Origin: Octopus bimaculoides
Taxonomy: Eukaryota
Reading direction: 5' to 3'
Length of the DNA stretch: 64,000 nucleotides
NCBI RefSeq assembly: GCF_001194135.2
Contig: NC_068986.1
Span: 95,451,530-95,515,529 of the forward strand
Shown: positions 38,711 to 50,849 of the stretch, one piece after another
Position numbering within the stretch: the stretch's first letter is position 1
How the letters are laid out: the number at the start of each line of letters is the position of its first letter
Notes under the pieces: generated by a model
Told to the model about the DNA's origin: nothing
The model's input: only the letters and a program-made list of their open reading frames with translations
Database searches by the model: none
Program-made: the position numbers and the translations under genes

Positions 38711-39810
38711 GAGTTTTCGGGGTTATCAAACAGTTTCAAAGTTGACGATGATGTTCAATGGCAAATATGCATCCAAGTATTTAAGTTAAAAAAGACGCCA
38801 AAGGTTAACTGCAATTTTAAAAGGTAACCAGCATCTTCAGGGTTAAAAACAGATAATAAAGAAACCCTTGTGAGTAAATGCCCTCGTAATATTCACATAT
38901 CCCAGTATTACTATTTTCTGGAACGGAAGTTTATCCTAATAGTTTATAGGTAATGTGCCAATGGTTTGTCTTGTTTTTTGCTTTTGTTTTTTTTTGGTGG
39001 GGTTGTTTTTTGTGGTGTGGAGATATAGAAATGGCTGCGTTTCATTCCAGCTGTGATGATAGACATATTCCTTAACTGCTATGATGCTTTTCATACAATA
39101 GCTAAGTCAATGTAATTTCTTAGCTTTTCAACTCTTTTCTCCACAGCATTATAGTCATCTGGTATTGATATATTGATAATTAATGCGCTTTTGTTATTTC
39201 TGTCACAGAGAACAATGTCAGACATTGTATATACTGTCTTGCGATATGTCTATATGCTACAGTTTGATAGTATCTTTGCATTTACTTTTTTTTTAATCAG
39301 TCGAAGATTCATATCAGTACCAGAGAACTTATTCTTGGAGCAGCTGTCACAGCAGCTTTGCTACGGCTTTGTATCCTGAAGTGTATTTTGGTGCAGCTGG
39401 AGAGCATCCAGATATAACATAGAGTATTGTCTTAGCAAATGCTTCACACAGTCTATATTTGTCATTTATATTGTAATTGTGGATATTATCTTTAATATGT
39501 GTAGTTGTCATGGCCTGCTATGAAATCGCTAATGTTGTTTCTATTGTCCCATTCAGATCAGCTTTGAGCACCCAGACAAGAGATAGTCTTCATTATTTAT
39601 AAGAGACATCCGGTTTATGGTTGTTTTTCAATACAATTGATGTATGTGCCATCTCTAGGTTCGTTTATGTTTGTTCATTGCAGTTGACTTCTGTGTCATC
39701 ATTATGTCCGTTAATGGTTATTCACTGTGGTGGACCTCTGTGCCATTAGTATGTCTGTTTATGGTCGTTCACCATAATTCATTTCTGTGCCATCAATATC
39801 TCCGCGTATG

Positions 39811-40206
39811 AAGGCGGCGGGCTGGCAGAAACGTTACCACGCCGGGCAAAATGCTTAGCGGTATTTCGTCTGCCGCTACGTTCTGAGTTCAAATTCCGCC
39901 GAGGTCGACTTTGCCTTTCATCCTTTCGAAGTCGATTAAATAAGTACTAGTTACGCACTGGGGTCGATATAATCGGCTTAATCCGTTTGTCTGTCCTTGT
40001 TTGTCCTCTCTCTGTGTAGCACGCCGGGCGAAATACTTAGCGGTATTTCGTCTGTCTTTCTATTCTGAATTCGAATTTCGTTGAGGTTGACTTTGCCTTT
40101 CATCTCTTCGGGGTCGATAAATTAAGTATCAGTTGCGTACTGGGGTCGATATAATCGACTGGCCCCCTCCCCAATAATTTCCAGCCTTGTGACTAGAGTA
40201 GAAAAT
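39811..40206 (+). mobile_element. Dimeric SINE family A flanked by one 16-bp TSD
   Basis: Two monomers joined at gtgtagc|acgccggg; aatatctccgc(g/t)tatg at 39795-39810 and 40207-40222. Confidence 0.85.
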
Positions 40207-40624
40207 AATATCTCCGCTTATGGTTGTCCATCACGGTTATCATGTCTGCCATCAATATCTCCATTTATGGCTGTTCACCACAGTTGTCATCAGCCTGTCC
40301 GTTTTTGCTACTGATTTAGGTTTAGACGAACAGTGTAATAGGGACCTTTTGTTTGAGTCAAGACAATTCCAAGAAGTTGTGAATATGTAAGTGAATTAAT
40401 GAGTGCATAAGTGTAGGTATGTATGTGTAGATATGTTTGCACTCGTGCTATGAGTATATATGTCTCTTCAGTATACGATTGCATTTTTGAATACTCTTTA
40501 CATGTGTGTGTACGCCATTTGAACATATATCATCGGGTATATATTCTAAGATTTTGTCAAAGAAAGAATTTTTAAGAATGTTTTATAAACTTTCAGTAAA
40601 TCACTAATCGACTGCTTTTGAATG

Positions 40625-40779
40625 ACTGTGTCACGCTGAATATCCCCGAGAACTACGTTAAGGGTACACGTGTTTGTGGAGTGCTCAGCCACTTGCACGT
40701 TAATTTCACGAGCAGGCTGTTCCGTTGATCGGATCGACTGGAACCCTCGACGTCGTAAGCGACGGAGTGTTAACAACAA
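40625..40779 (+). mobile_element. SINE family C, 3' part with (AAC)n tail
   Basis: gtcacgctgaatatccccgagaactacgttaaggg...cgacggagtgttaacaacaac. Confidence 0.9.
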
Positions 40780-41219
40780 CATGTATGTATGTATGTATGT
40801 ATGTATGTATGTATGTATGTATGTATGTATGTATACATGTATGTATGCATGTAGGTAGGTAGGTAGGTAGGTAGGTAGGTAGGTATTATGTATGCATATG
40901 CTATACTTATCTCGTAAAAAAGCTCAGTTCTCTCAGTTGAAAACAGGTACCACAGGTTAAGAACAACTTGTAATGGCACCGTCAAATGCACAAGCTGTTC
41001 GTTAGTTGTTAGCTGTAGTGCTGGGTTCGTTCCCATTCCACTGCACTCCTGGAGAAACCACTCTAATTCTCTTTTCTAGTTATAATGTTTAACCCATTAT
41101 TTTGGTCCCCAATATTTTATCTTTTAACCGGGAAAGAATGCATCATTCATGGCTTTTCGCAGAATATCAAAACTTGTAGATAGAAGATAGAGAAGGTATC
41201 CTCAAACCAAAGAGCTGAC

Positions 41220-41585
41220 CCTACTGCTGGCCCTAGTGCTGGTCCAAGTGCTGGCCCTAGTGCTGGCCCTAGTGCTGGCCCTAGTTCTGGCCCTAGTGCT
41301 GGCCCTAGTGCTGGCCCTAGCGCTGGCTCTAGTGCTGGCCCTAGCGCTGGCTCTAGCGCTGGCCCTAGTGATGGCCCTAGTGATGGCCCTAGTGATGGCC
41401 CTAGTGATGGCCCTAGTGCTGGTCCTAGTGCTGGCTCTAGTGCTGGCTCTAGTGCTGGCCCTAGTGCTGGCCCTAGTGCTGGTCCTAGTGCTGGCTCTAG
41501 TGATGGCTCTAGTGCTGGCCCTAGCGCTGGCTCTAGTGCTGGCTCTAGCGCTGGCCCTAGTTCTGGCCCTAGTGGGGGCCCTAGT
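41220..41585. repeat. 12-bp minisatellite (CCTAGTGCTGGC)n, ~30 units
   Basis: Exact 12-nt period with no indels; reads (PSAG)n on plus and (LGPA)n on minus. Confidence 0.95.
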
Positions 41586-41724
41586 CCTCTCTGTGAATGG
41601 ACTGGGCTTAAATGCAACCAAGTTGCCAAGTGACGATGTTAAACTGAGCGGTATATTGTTTTTACCCAAATAGACTATGGCATGATCTGAACTTAGAAAA
41701 TAAAAAGCCGGAATAAGAACGATA

Positions 41725-41900
41725 GGGTATTCGGTCTGATGTGCTCACAGTTCCACTAATCCACCGCCTTGTATTCGTACTTTTTTATTGTCCCTGAAAT
41801 AATTAAAGGCAAAATTCGACCTCGGCGTTATTTGAACTCAGAATGTAGCGAGATAGAAAAAATACTGTAAGACATTCTATCCGACGTTCTAATGACTACC
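41725..41900 (-). mobile_element. Degenerate SINE family A
   Basis: aaaggcaaaattcgacctcggcgttatttgaactcagaatgtag. Confidence 0.7.
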
Positions 41901-42279
41901 AGTTCACCAACTGTTGATCGTAAATTCTAATTTGTAATTATGTAGTGTATAGTATGTCGTTTCAGGTTATAGTTATCGTGGTACAATGATGTTTTCAACA
42001 ACAGTTAGATGCCATGCCACGGTCGTTTTGTAAGATAGTAGAGTAGAGAGGTGTTAAATGATTTAAGAGTATTCGCAGATAAAAATCAGTCTGAGACACT
42101 AGCAATGAGTTGTAGAGTTAAGCTGATGCCTTGTTTAACACCACCACCTGGACCTTGGATCTCTTAGGAGGACTTCAATCTTGTAAGCGTTAAGACTAGA
42201 TTTCTGGTTTGAAGGTAACTTCTTCTCACCAGTCCCGGAGACCTATAAAGGGTCATGGGAGTATTCCACCATCGCCCCA

Positions 42280-43330
42280 AGATCATCGCCACAAAACCAC
42301 CACCACCACCACCCCCAAGACCATCTATACAATACCACCACCATCACCACTAGATCATTACCACAACACCACTAGCATCGCCTCAAAACTACTTCTACAA
42401 CGACATCATCATCATCATCATAACGCCGCCACCCGTCATAGCTCCCAACAAAATCTCCACCCGTCACTATGCCACCACCAACACCACCACAACCACAAAA
42501 CTTTGCAGCTCGGTTAAACCGTCACGATAGATTAAACATATTAACACGCTCAGAGCAGACGGCGTTGCTGTTTCACTTCAGAGTGCAACTGCTAGTTTAC
42601 TTCATCGATAAATCGATTGGCGCAGAATGCAATAGCTATAGTGTTATTGGTTGCCTTGGTGATGCAGTCTTCAGGTGATTTCTTTTTCTCTCTTCCTTCT
42701 CTTTTATTTTTTTTTCTTCAAATCACCCATCCATCTCTTGTATTTCCCTTACACATCACACTTCGTTCCTTCGTTTCCTCCCCAAAATACCAGTATTGAT
42801 CTCACACGGTCGTCTGCAGTTTATCACTTTCATTATCACAAACAACAACCATCAACACCACCACTAGCAGCAACAACAACAACAACAACATCAACACCAC
42901 CACCAACAACAACCAACATAGTTTCAAGACTGCCATCAACACCAACCATCAAGACCTCCATCAGCAACAACAACACCATCAACGCCGCTGCCATCAGCAC
43001 CTCAACAACTCTACTATTACCACCAACCCCAACCATCAAGATCGCCATAAGCAACGACAATACCAACATCACCACATGATACTATCCTTCCTCGATACCA
43101 CCATCATACAATACCATCGTCACCAACACCACTTACATAGCCCCACCTTCGACATCGCCACCACAAAACAATACAATCACCATTACATAACACCAAAGCC
43201 ACCGCCACCACCATCACCATGTAACAGCAACACCACGAAAAACCACCACCATCACACAATACCATCACTACCACAAAACACCACCAACACCAACACCGCA
43301 CGACCACGCAAATACGACAAACAGTAAGAA
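42280..43330. repeat. Degenerate (ACC/AAC/ATC)n low-complexity tracts
   Basis: They explain the T/P/H-rich ORFs. Confidence 0.8.
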
Positions 43331-43904
43331 CCAACAAGAGATTCCTCTATGCGGTCTTGCCAAAAATGGAATCCAAATTCCCCTCTAATCAGACACATTC
43401 AGCTTGAAAAAGGAAGAAACATAGATAAAGTAGTCCTAGATACACTATGCTGGAACAACTTTGATTACAGTTCTGCAGTATTAGCAACACTAATAATACC
43501 ACCATCAGAAATAGCAGCCAAATTTTCTTCATTACATTCTGCCGTCATAAAAGAGGAATGATTTATTTGTTTATATGGTCCTAAGAATTAAAGGCAGGAT
43601 GGTCATTGATGGAACGCCTTTGATCAAAGTTCTGTTCAATCAGGACTAACTTTTGCTAAACAACAACAACTATAAACATGACTTGTTTCTTTAGGGATTG
43701 CTCCCCCTACTGTATCTTTGTCCCTTTTTGTTATTGACGTATTGATGGGCGGGAAAAGATGGATGAAGGTCTTCACAACAAAAAGAAAACAGAGACGATG
43801 ACAATCGCAAAGAAAATAAGCGATTTACAACATATGAATTAATTGGAACAACAGGGAAACAAGTCGATAGTTTTAAATACTTGGGAACCATCAGTATAAC
43901 AGAT

Positions 43905-44277
43905 AGCTGTTGTTGTTGACACTCCGTCGCTTACGACGTCGAGGGTTCCAGTTGATCCGATCAACGGAACAGCCTACTCGTGAAATTAACGTACAAGTGG
44001 CTGAGCACTCCACAGACACGTGTACCCTTAACGTAGTTCTTGGGGGATATTCAGCATGACACAGTGTGACAAGGCTGACCCTTTGAATTACAGGCACAAC
44101 AGAAACAGGAAGTAAGAGTGAGAGAAAGTTGTGGTGAAAGAGTACAGCAAGGTTCGCCACCATCCCCTGTCGGAGCCTCGTGGAGCTTTAGGTGTTTTCG
44201 CTCAATAAACACTCACAACGCCCGGTCTGGGAATCGAAACCGCGAGTCCGCTGCCCTAACCACTGGGCCATTGCTCC
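43905..44277 (-). mobile_element. SINE family C
   Basis: Near-full-length reverse complement of 45776-46163. Confidence 0.9.
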
Positions 44278-45194
44278 ACCACTTCTTCCGATCTACTGCC
44301 ATAGTAATGCGAAATATAGAATCGTGACAGCTTTTGGATGTGGTGGCGATGGGGATGGATGGGGGTGTATCCTGCACATGTGTTTTTGTACGTGTATGTA
44401 TTAGTATATGTGCGTTTCAGCGTGTATGTATAAGCATGTTTGTATGTTACAAGACTGCGAGTATGCACATCTGTGAATATGTATGTATCATCACTATCTG
44501 TTTAGTTGCGCATGTATGTGTGTGTGTTTGTGTGCGTTTATACGTGTTCACTCTCTTTTCAGTGTGAGTGAGAGGATTGTATGATATTGAATCATAAGAC
44601 CCTTAAGATTGGTGATACTGATGATGATGATGAGGATGGTAGTGGTGGTGGTGGTGGTGGCGGCGGCGGTGGGGGCGGCGGCGGTGGTGATGATATGTTT
44701 ATGAGTATGCTTGAGCGAACATGTGTACACATATGTGCATATTAATGCATGTGTGTGTGTGTGCGTGTATGTTTGTATGTGTGTGTGTGTGTGTGTGTGC
44801 GCGTGTGTGTATGTTTATGTGCGTGTCTCTCTCTCTCTCTCTCTGTATGTTTCTGTGTCTGCGAGTGCTGTGAATTTGTCTGAAATATAGGGTAAAACAG
44901 AATATTTGAAGTGAACATATGATAGCCTTGAGATATAATCTAGCATTTTATTTGAAGTATGACAGAAAATAAATCTGGAAACACACCAAATCGATTTAGA
45001 AACTGTATGATATATTATCTTGTTCTGCACCGCATTATACTAAACGATATCACACGATATTACATCGTTCTAAACAACCTTCCGTTTGTAATGGTCTGCA
45101 CTACACAACATAGTATTGTTATATACTATGTTACGCTAGCCTACATTACATCACGTGTAGTTGTTCTATAATACCCTACGAGGCCTATTGCACT

Positions 45195-45470
45195 CACGAA
45201 CGAAAGATCGTGGGTTTGAATCATGGACCGGGTGACGCGTTGTATTTTTGAGCAAAATCTTCATTTCACGTTGCTCCAATCACGATCGTAAGATTGTAGT
45301 TTCGATTCCTGGACCGGGCGGTGCGCTGTATTCTGGAACAAAACATCTCATTTCGCGTTGCTCCAGTCACTATCACCAGATAGTGGTTTCAACTGCTGGG
45401 CGGTGCGTTTCGTTTTTAAGCAAAAACCCTTAATTTCACGTTGCTCCAGTTCACTCAGCTGTAAATGAGT
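45195..45470 (+). repeat. Three tandem ~85-bp partial SINE heads
   Basis: B-box-like g(g)tttcgattcc/gggtttgaatc plus ttgctcca recurring at 45271, 45358 and 45441. Confidence 0.7.
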
Positions 45471-45775
45471 AACCCTGCAACGGAGCGGTGTCCTTTTCAG
45501 GGAAAATGCTGTGATTTCTGTAACTTACACCTGGGTAAATGGCTCTGTGTGTCCCAGGACTCGAAACAATAATAATGAGTGGTGGTGGTGGTGGTTTTTT
45601 GTTGTTGTTGTTGTTGTTGTTTTACATTACCCTGCACCACACAACATTGCATTGCGCTGCATCATGTTGACCGAGTAATAACTACACAGTATTATGCTAC
45701 ACTTTCGTACACTACAATATACTCCACTATATTTCAGTACACTGCACTATTTTGCACCACACTGCATCACTCTGT

Positions 45776-46163
45776 GGAGGCGCAATGGCCCAGTGGTTAG
45801 AGCAGCGGACTCGCGGTCATAGGATCGCGGTTTCGATTCCCAGACCGGGCGTTGTGAGTGTTTATTGAGCGAAAACACCTAAAGCTCCACGAGGCTCCGG
45901 CAGGGGATGGTGGCGAACCCTGCTGTACTCTTTCACCATAACTTTCTCTCACTCTTACTTCCTGTTTCTGTTGTGCCTGTAATTCAAAGGGTCAGCCTTG
46001 TCACACTGTGTCACGCTGAATATCCCTGAGAACTACGTTAAGGCTACACGTGTCTGTGGAGTTCTCAGCCACTTGCACGTTAATTTCACGAGCAGGCTGT
46101 TCCGTTGATCGGATCAACTGGAACCCTCGACGTCGTAAGCGACGGAGTACCAACAACAACAAC
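45776..46163 (+). mobile_element. Full-length tRNA-derived SINE family C with 11-bp TSD
   Basis: A-box tggcccagtgg, B-box ggtttcgattccc, (AAC)n tail; TSD tgcatcactct at 45763-73 and 46166-76. Confidence 0.92.
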
Positions 46164-46299
46164 AGTGCATCACTCTACATTGCTTTACACTCCACTATAT
46201 GGCGATGTATCATTTCTTTCTTTTTATTTCTTGTTGTCTATGGAGGATGGGTTGGACACAAGGGTACCAAGAAGTGGGAAGACAAGTGGGATGGACTTG

Positions 46300-47010
46300 C
46301 ATAAATGGTGGAAGTAATACAAAAACGAATCAGCTTCGTGGAGCAGATGCCATTATAGTAACGGAAGACAGAGAGGAGGTAGTCACAAATGGACGCACTC
46401 CGGATGCATTCAACGATGCGTGTGCGTAGAAGCATCACTGTCCTAGATGTGAACGCAGTGCACCTTTATGGGCATTACTTGAGTGTTTTAGAGTGTCCGC
46501 AGCTATTATGGATGCTGAAATATCTTCTGCCGTTGAAGAGAAAGGCTAATTTTAGGATTCTGTTCTAACTAAAGATATGGTTTTCACTAGGAGGGATCTA
46601 CGATGATGACCAGCATTTGGAATGACTGTTAGGTCTCTAGGTAAGTGAATGCCGCACTGGTGCGGTGCTATTTTCATGAGAGGTGTAGTGCTTAAGTTTT
46701 TTGCTGTTAAAAGAGTCCAGGTTGGCATGACCCCAGTGGAGGATGCTTTCAAGGTCCTGTTTATAAAATCAATGCAGGTTTGGCATTTGTGATATGTTGG
46801 TCGCATGTAGATGATGCATGGTCAAGGAGACTTTGAGAAATATGAATGTTCCTGTTATCTACAGAAGAGTGGATGTTGTACGATGAGGTGGTAAGAAGAT
46901 CATTGATGTATAAAGAGAAGAGTTTGAGAGACAAAACCGAGTATTGCGGAACGCAAGATCTGCTTAAGACTGGAGCAGCAAAAACCCCATCAACATGATT
47001 GAAGTGCGCT
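46300..47010 (-). mobile_element. CR1/L2-like LINE 3' RT fragment
   Basis: VPQYSVLSLKLFSLYINDLL..IHSSVDN, a decayed GVPQGSVLSP.LF.LYINDL..YADD. Confidence 0.7.
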
Positions 47011-47621
47011 GCAATGCAATCTAATGCATTACACTGCGGCATATTTCAATGACGAGTCACGCATGTGCACATGTATACATTCATACATACATATATACGC
47101 AAGTATACACACACACGCATACATACACATATACAGACAAACGCGCGCGCGCGCACACACACACACACACACAGAAGGAACACAAAAAACGTAGAGGTAT
47201 TCATGCTTTATATAAAGTACATATGTTTCGTGAAACGGGCAGACATCAATTACATGAGAATAAGACACAGTTACAGACTCCGTATATTAGCATATCTAGA
47301 GTCATGAAGAACGTCTAACCACATCGAAGATAAGAGTTGAGTAGCAAACAGATCTACCACACGCATCCTTTTTGGTAACGTGTCGCACTACTCAGCACAC
47401 CTTTTGAAGTATACACACACACACACACACAACACAACACACACAACACAGCACACACACACATATGTATGTATGTATGTATGTGTGTATGTGTGTATGT
47501 ATGTGTGTGTATGTATAAATATATATATACATTTGTGTGCATGTGTGAGAGTATGTATGTATGTATGTATGTATGTATGCATGTCTGTATCTAGGCTTGA
47601 ATTCAATACATAAAACAGAAA

Positions 47622-47708
47622 ATACATTATTTATTAGCTATGAAGTTACATATGTGATTGTAGACCCCTGAGTCACAAATGTGGCTTCACAGCTAATAAA
47701 TTATGAAT
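47622..47708 (+). ncRNA. Pre-miRNA-like hairpin (candidate)
   Basis: Arms 47631-59 and 47671-99 pair at 27 of 29 positions (3 G-U, two 1x1 mismatches) around an 11-nt loop; the basal stem extends ~9 more positions. Confidence 0.4.
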
Positions 47709-48227
47709 ACATACATACATACATACATACATACATACATACATACATGCACACGAATGCAAAAAAATATATAGATTTGTGTGCGCATGTGCGTATGTGT
47801 GCATGTGCGTATGTGCGTATGTGTGTATTTGTGTATATGTGTGCATCTTTTAATCTTGATACAGATTTGCAGACTCAATTTACCGTCTCTATTAATATTT
47901 TCTTCTTCATTAATAATATTTTTTTTCTTTTAATATTACATTTTGATTTATTATTCCTTTTATCCTCCCATACTTGCCCGACTGAAACGAACTAATATCT
48001 AATTTAACATTTTATGAAGTTCTTCCCTCGGCACAGTTTTCAACACCGGATTCTAATCGGTTGATATTTACTTAAGTCAATTTCTTTCGCGTAACCGCGT
48101 CTTATTCTCCGCTTAATTTCAGCTTCTTTTCATTTTTCTTTCTCCTAATGTTTCTTGACCTACACTTACAACCGTACGTTGTACTAAGTTACTGTGTTGA
48201 GAGGGTTTAATTTTAAGAAGTTAAATA

Positions 48228-48545
48228 TCTTTTATCTTTTACTTATTTCAGTTATAAGACTGCGGCCAAGCTGGGGCACTGCCTTGACGGGTTTAGTCGT
48301 GCAAGTCAACCCCAGTGGTTATTTAAGCCTGGTACTTATTCTAACGGTCTCATTTGTCGAACCGCTACATTATGGAGACGTAAACAATTCAACACTGATT
48401 GCGATGAGCTTCCTTCAGTTTCGGTTTACCAAATCCACTCACAAGCCTTTAGTCGGCCCGAGTCAATAATAGAAAACACTTGCTTAAGGTGCCACGCAGT
48501 GAGACTTAAACCATGAAGACGTGGTTGCGTAGTAAGCTTCTTACC
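48228..48545 (-). mobile_element. SINE family B, internal microsatellite absent
   Basis: Tail ttttatcttttacttatttcagt..gactgcggcc, head aaatccactcacaagcc..gtgccacgcagtgaga. Confidence 0.8.
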
Positions 48546-48750
48546 CACGCGGCCATACCTGCGCCTAAAATAAGGACTTGGATGGAAAAAATTCGAAGGT
48601 TACCCACGGAACACGAACCAACATTTGTAAACATACAGTTCTATATTTAAGAGATGAGGAATTATGTACATTATTTACATTATTTACATTCATTTACATT
48701 CGACGGATGTTTGTCCTCATCTTGAAAACCCAGGTTCGAGATTTCCCCAA

Positions 48751-48796
48751 GACACCTGATGAAGGCTGGAGGGTATATCAGCCGAAAAGTTGTGTT
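48751..48796 (+). ncRNA. Minimal type I hammerhead motif inside a ~50-bp inverted repeat
   Basis: gacac-CTGATGA-a-ggctg(gagggtatat)cagcc-GAAA-a-GTT-gtgtt; flanking IR 48667-48723 and 48807-48853. Position 15.2 is A rather than C. Confidence 0.7.
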
Positions 48797-49023
48797 AACA
48801 ACAAATAAGATGAGAACAAATATCCGTCGAATGTAAATAATGTAAATAATGTATTTGTAAACATGACAAACATTTTTTGCCAAACATTTTACCAATGCAC
48901 CAAAGTGTTCCCTTAATAACAACCTATTTCAGTTGATGATTTATTATTGCACCGTATATAATTTTAATTAGTCTAATGTATTTTCCCATCAGCATCAACT
49001 GATTTTTTTTCTACATGTTCGTT

Positions 49024-49173
49024 AGGCGTAGACGTGGCTATGTGGTAACCAACCACATGGTTCGGGGTTCAGTCCCACTGCGTGGCACCTTATGCAAGTG
49101 TCTTCTAATATAGCCTCGGGCCGATCAAAGCCTTGTGAGTGGATTTGGTAGACGCAAACTGAAAGAAGCCCGT

Positions 49174-49218
<45 letters not shown>
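49024..49218 (+). mobile_element. SINE family B head running into (TG)n and a 949-N gap
   Basis: ccaaccacatggttcggggttcagtcccactgcgtggcacc..gaaagaagcccg. Confidence 0.85.
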
Positions 49219-50849
49219 NNNNNNNNNNNNNNNNNNNNNNNNNNNNNNNNNNNNNNNNNNNNNNNNNNNNNNNNNNNNNNNNNNNNNNNNNNNNNNNNNN
49301 NNNNNNNNNNNNNNNNNNNNNNNNNNNNNNNNNNNNNNNNNNNNNNNNNNNNNNNNNNNNNNNNNNNNNNNNNNNNNNNNNNNNNNNNNNNNNNNNNNNN
49401 NNNNNNNNNNNNNNNNNNNNNNNNNNNNNNNNNNNNNNNNNNNNNNNNNNNNNNNNNNNNNNNNNNNNNNNNNNNNNNNNNNNNNNNNNNNNNNNNNNNN
49501 NNNNNNNNNNNNNNNNNNNNNNNNNNNNNNNNNNNNNNNNNNNNNNNNNNNNNNNNNNNNNNNNNNNNNNNNNNNNNNNNNNNNNNNNNNNNNNNNNNNN
49601 NNNNNNNNNNNNNNNNNNNNNNNNNNNNNNNNNNNNNNNNNNNNNNNNNNNNNNNNNNNNNNNNNNNNNNNNNNNNNNNNNNNNNNNNNNNNNNNNNNNN
49701 NNNNNNNNNNNNNNNNNNNNNNNNNNNNNNNNNNNNNNNNNNNNNNNNNNNNNNNNNNNNNNNNNNNNNNNNNNNNNNNNNNNNNNNNNNNNNNNNNNNN
49801 NNNNNNNNNNNNNNNNNNNNNNNNNNNNNNNNNNNNNNNNNNNNNNNNNNNNNNNNNNNNNNNNNNNNNNNNNNNNNNNNNNNNNNNNNNNNNNNNNNNN
49901 NNNNNNNNNNNNNNNNNNNNNNNNNNNNNNNNNNNNNNNNNNNNNNNNNNNNNNNNNNNNNNNNNNNNNNNNNNNNNNNNNNNNNNNNNNNNNNNNNNNN
50001 NNNNNNNNNNNNNNNNNNNNNNNNNNNNNNNNNNNNNNNNNNNNNNNNNNNNNNNNNNNNNNNNNNNNNNNNNNNNNNNNNNNNNNNNNNNNNNNNNNNN
50101 NNNNNNNNNNNNNNNNNNNNNNNNNNNNNNNNNNNNNNNNNNNNNNNNNNNNNNNNNNNNNNNNNNTATATATATACATATACACACACACATACATATA
50201 CAGAGACAGAGGGAGCGGGGAGGGAACTTATAGTTATTATGCACACATGATGTAGACATACGCACGCACACACACACACTATGTAGATTTGTACATAAAT
50301 ACATACATACATACATAGAAACATACAAACATACATATAAATACATTCTAATACAACTACATAGCATGTACATATATTATACGTATAAATGATGTACGTA
50401 CATATTATACGGAATCTTAGGCACCCCCAGATACGGTTACCATTGCAAAGAAAGCGGTGGAGGGAAGAACCAGAAATTGAGGCATGTATTAAGACCGCAC
50501 AGCGAAAAAGTACCTTCGATGAAGATTAGATATTGTTATAGTTTGCATGTCTCGTTAGAACCAAAACCTTGAAGAAGGAGCACATTGTAATACCACGATT
50601 GAGACATATTTGAATAAAAGGCAGGACTGCAATGGGTGAAAGACCTTTGATTATATGTTTGCTTAATCATGGCCGACCTGTTGCTAAAAAAACATCAACA
50701 GGAATAAGACTACAAACCCAATACAGGAATCCTAAAACATTAAAGCCTTGGCTACATATTGATTTGAGTAAATAGGCCAAATTATGGATAACATAATGCT
50801 TAAAGTATATAAATACCAAAAAATAGTACAAGAACACTACTAGTGCACT

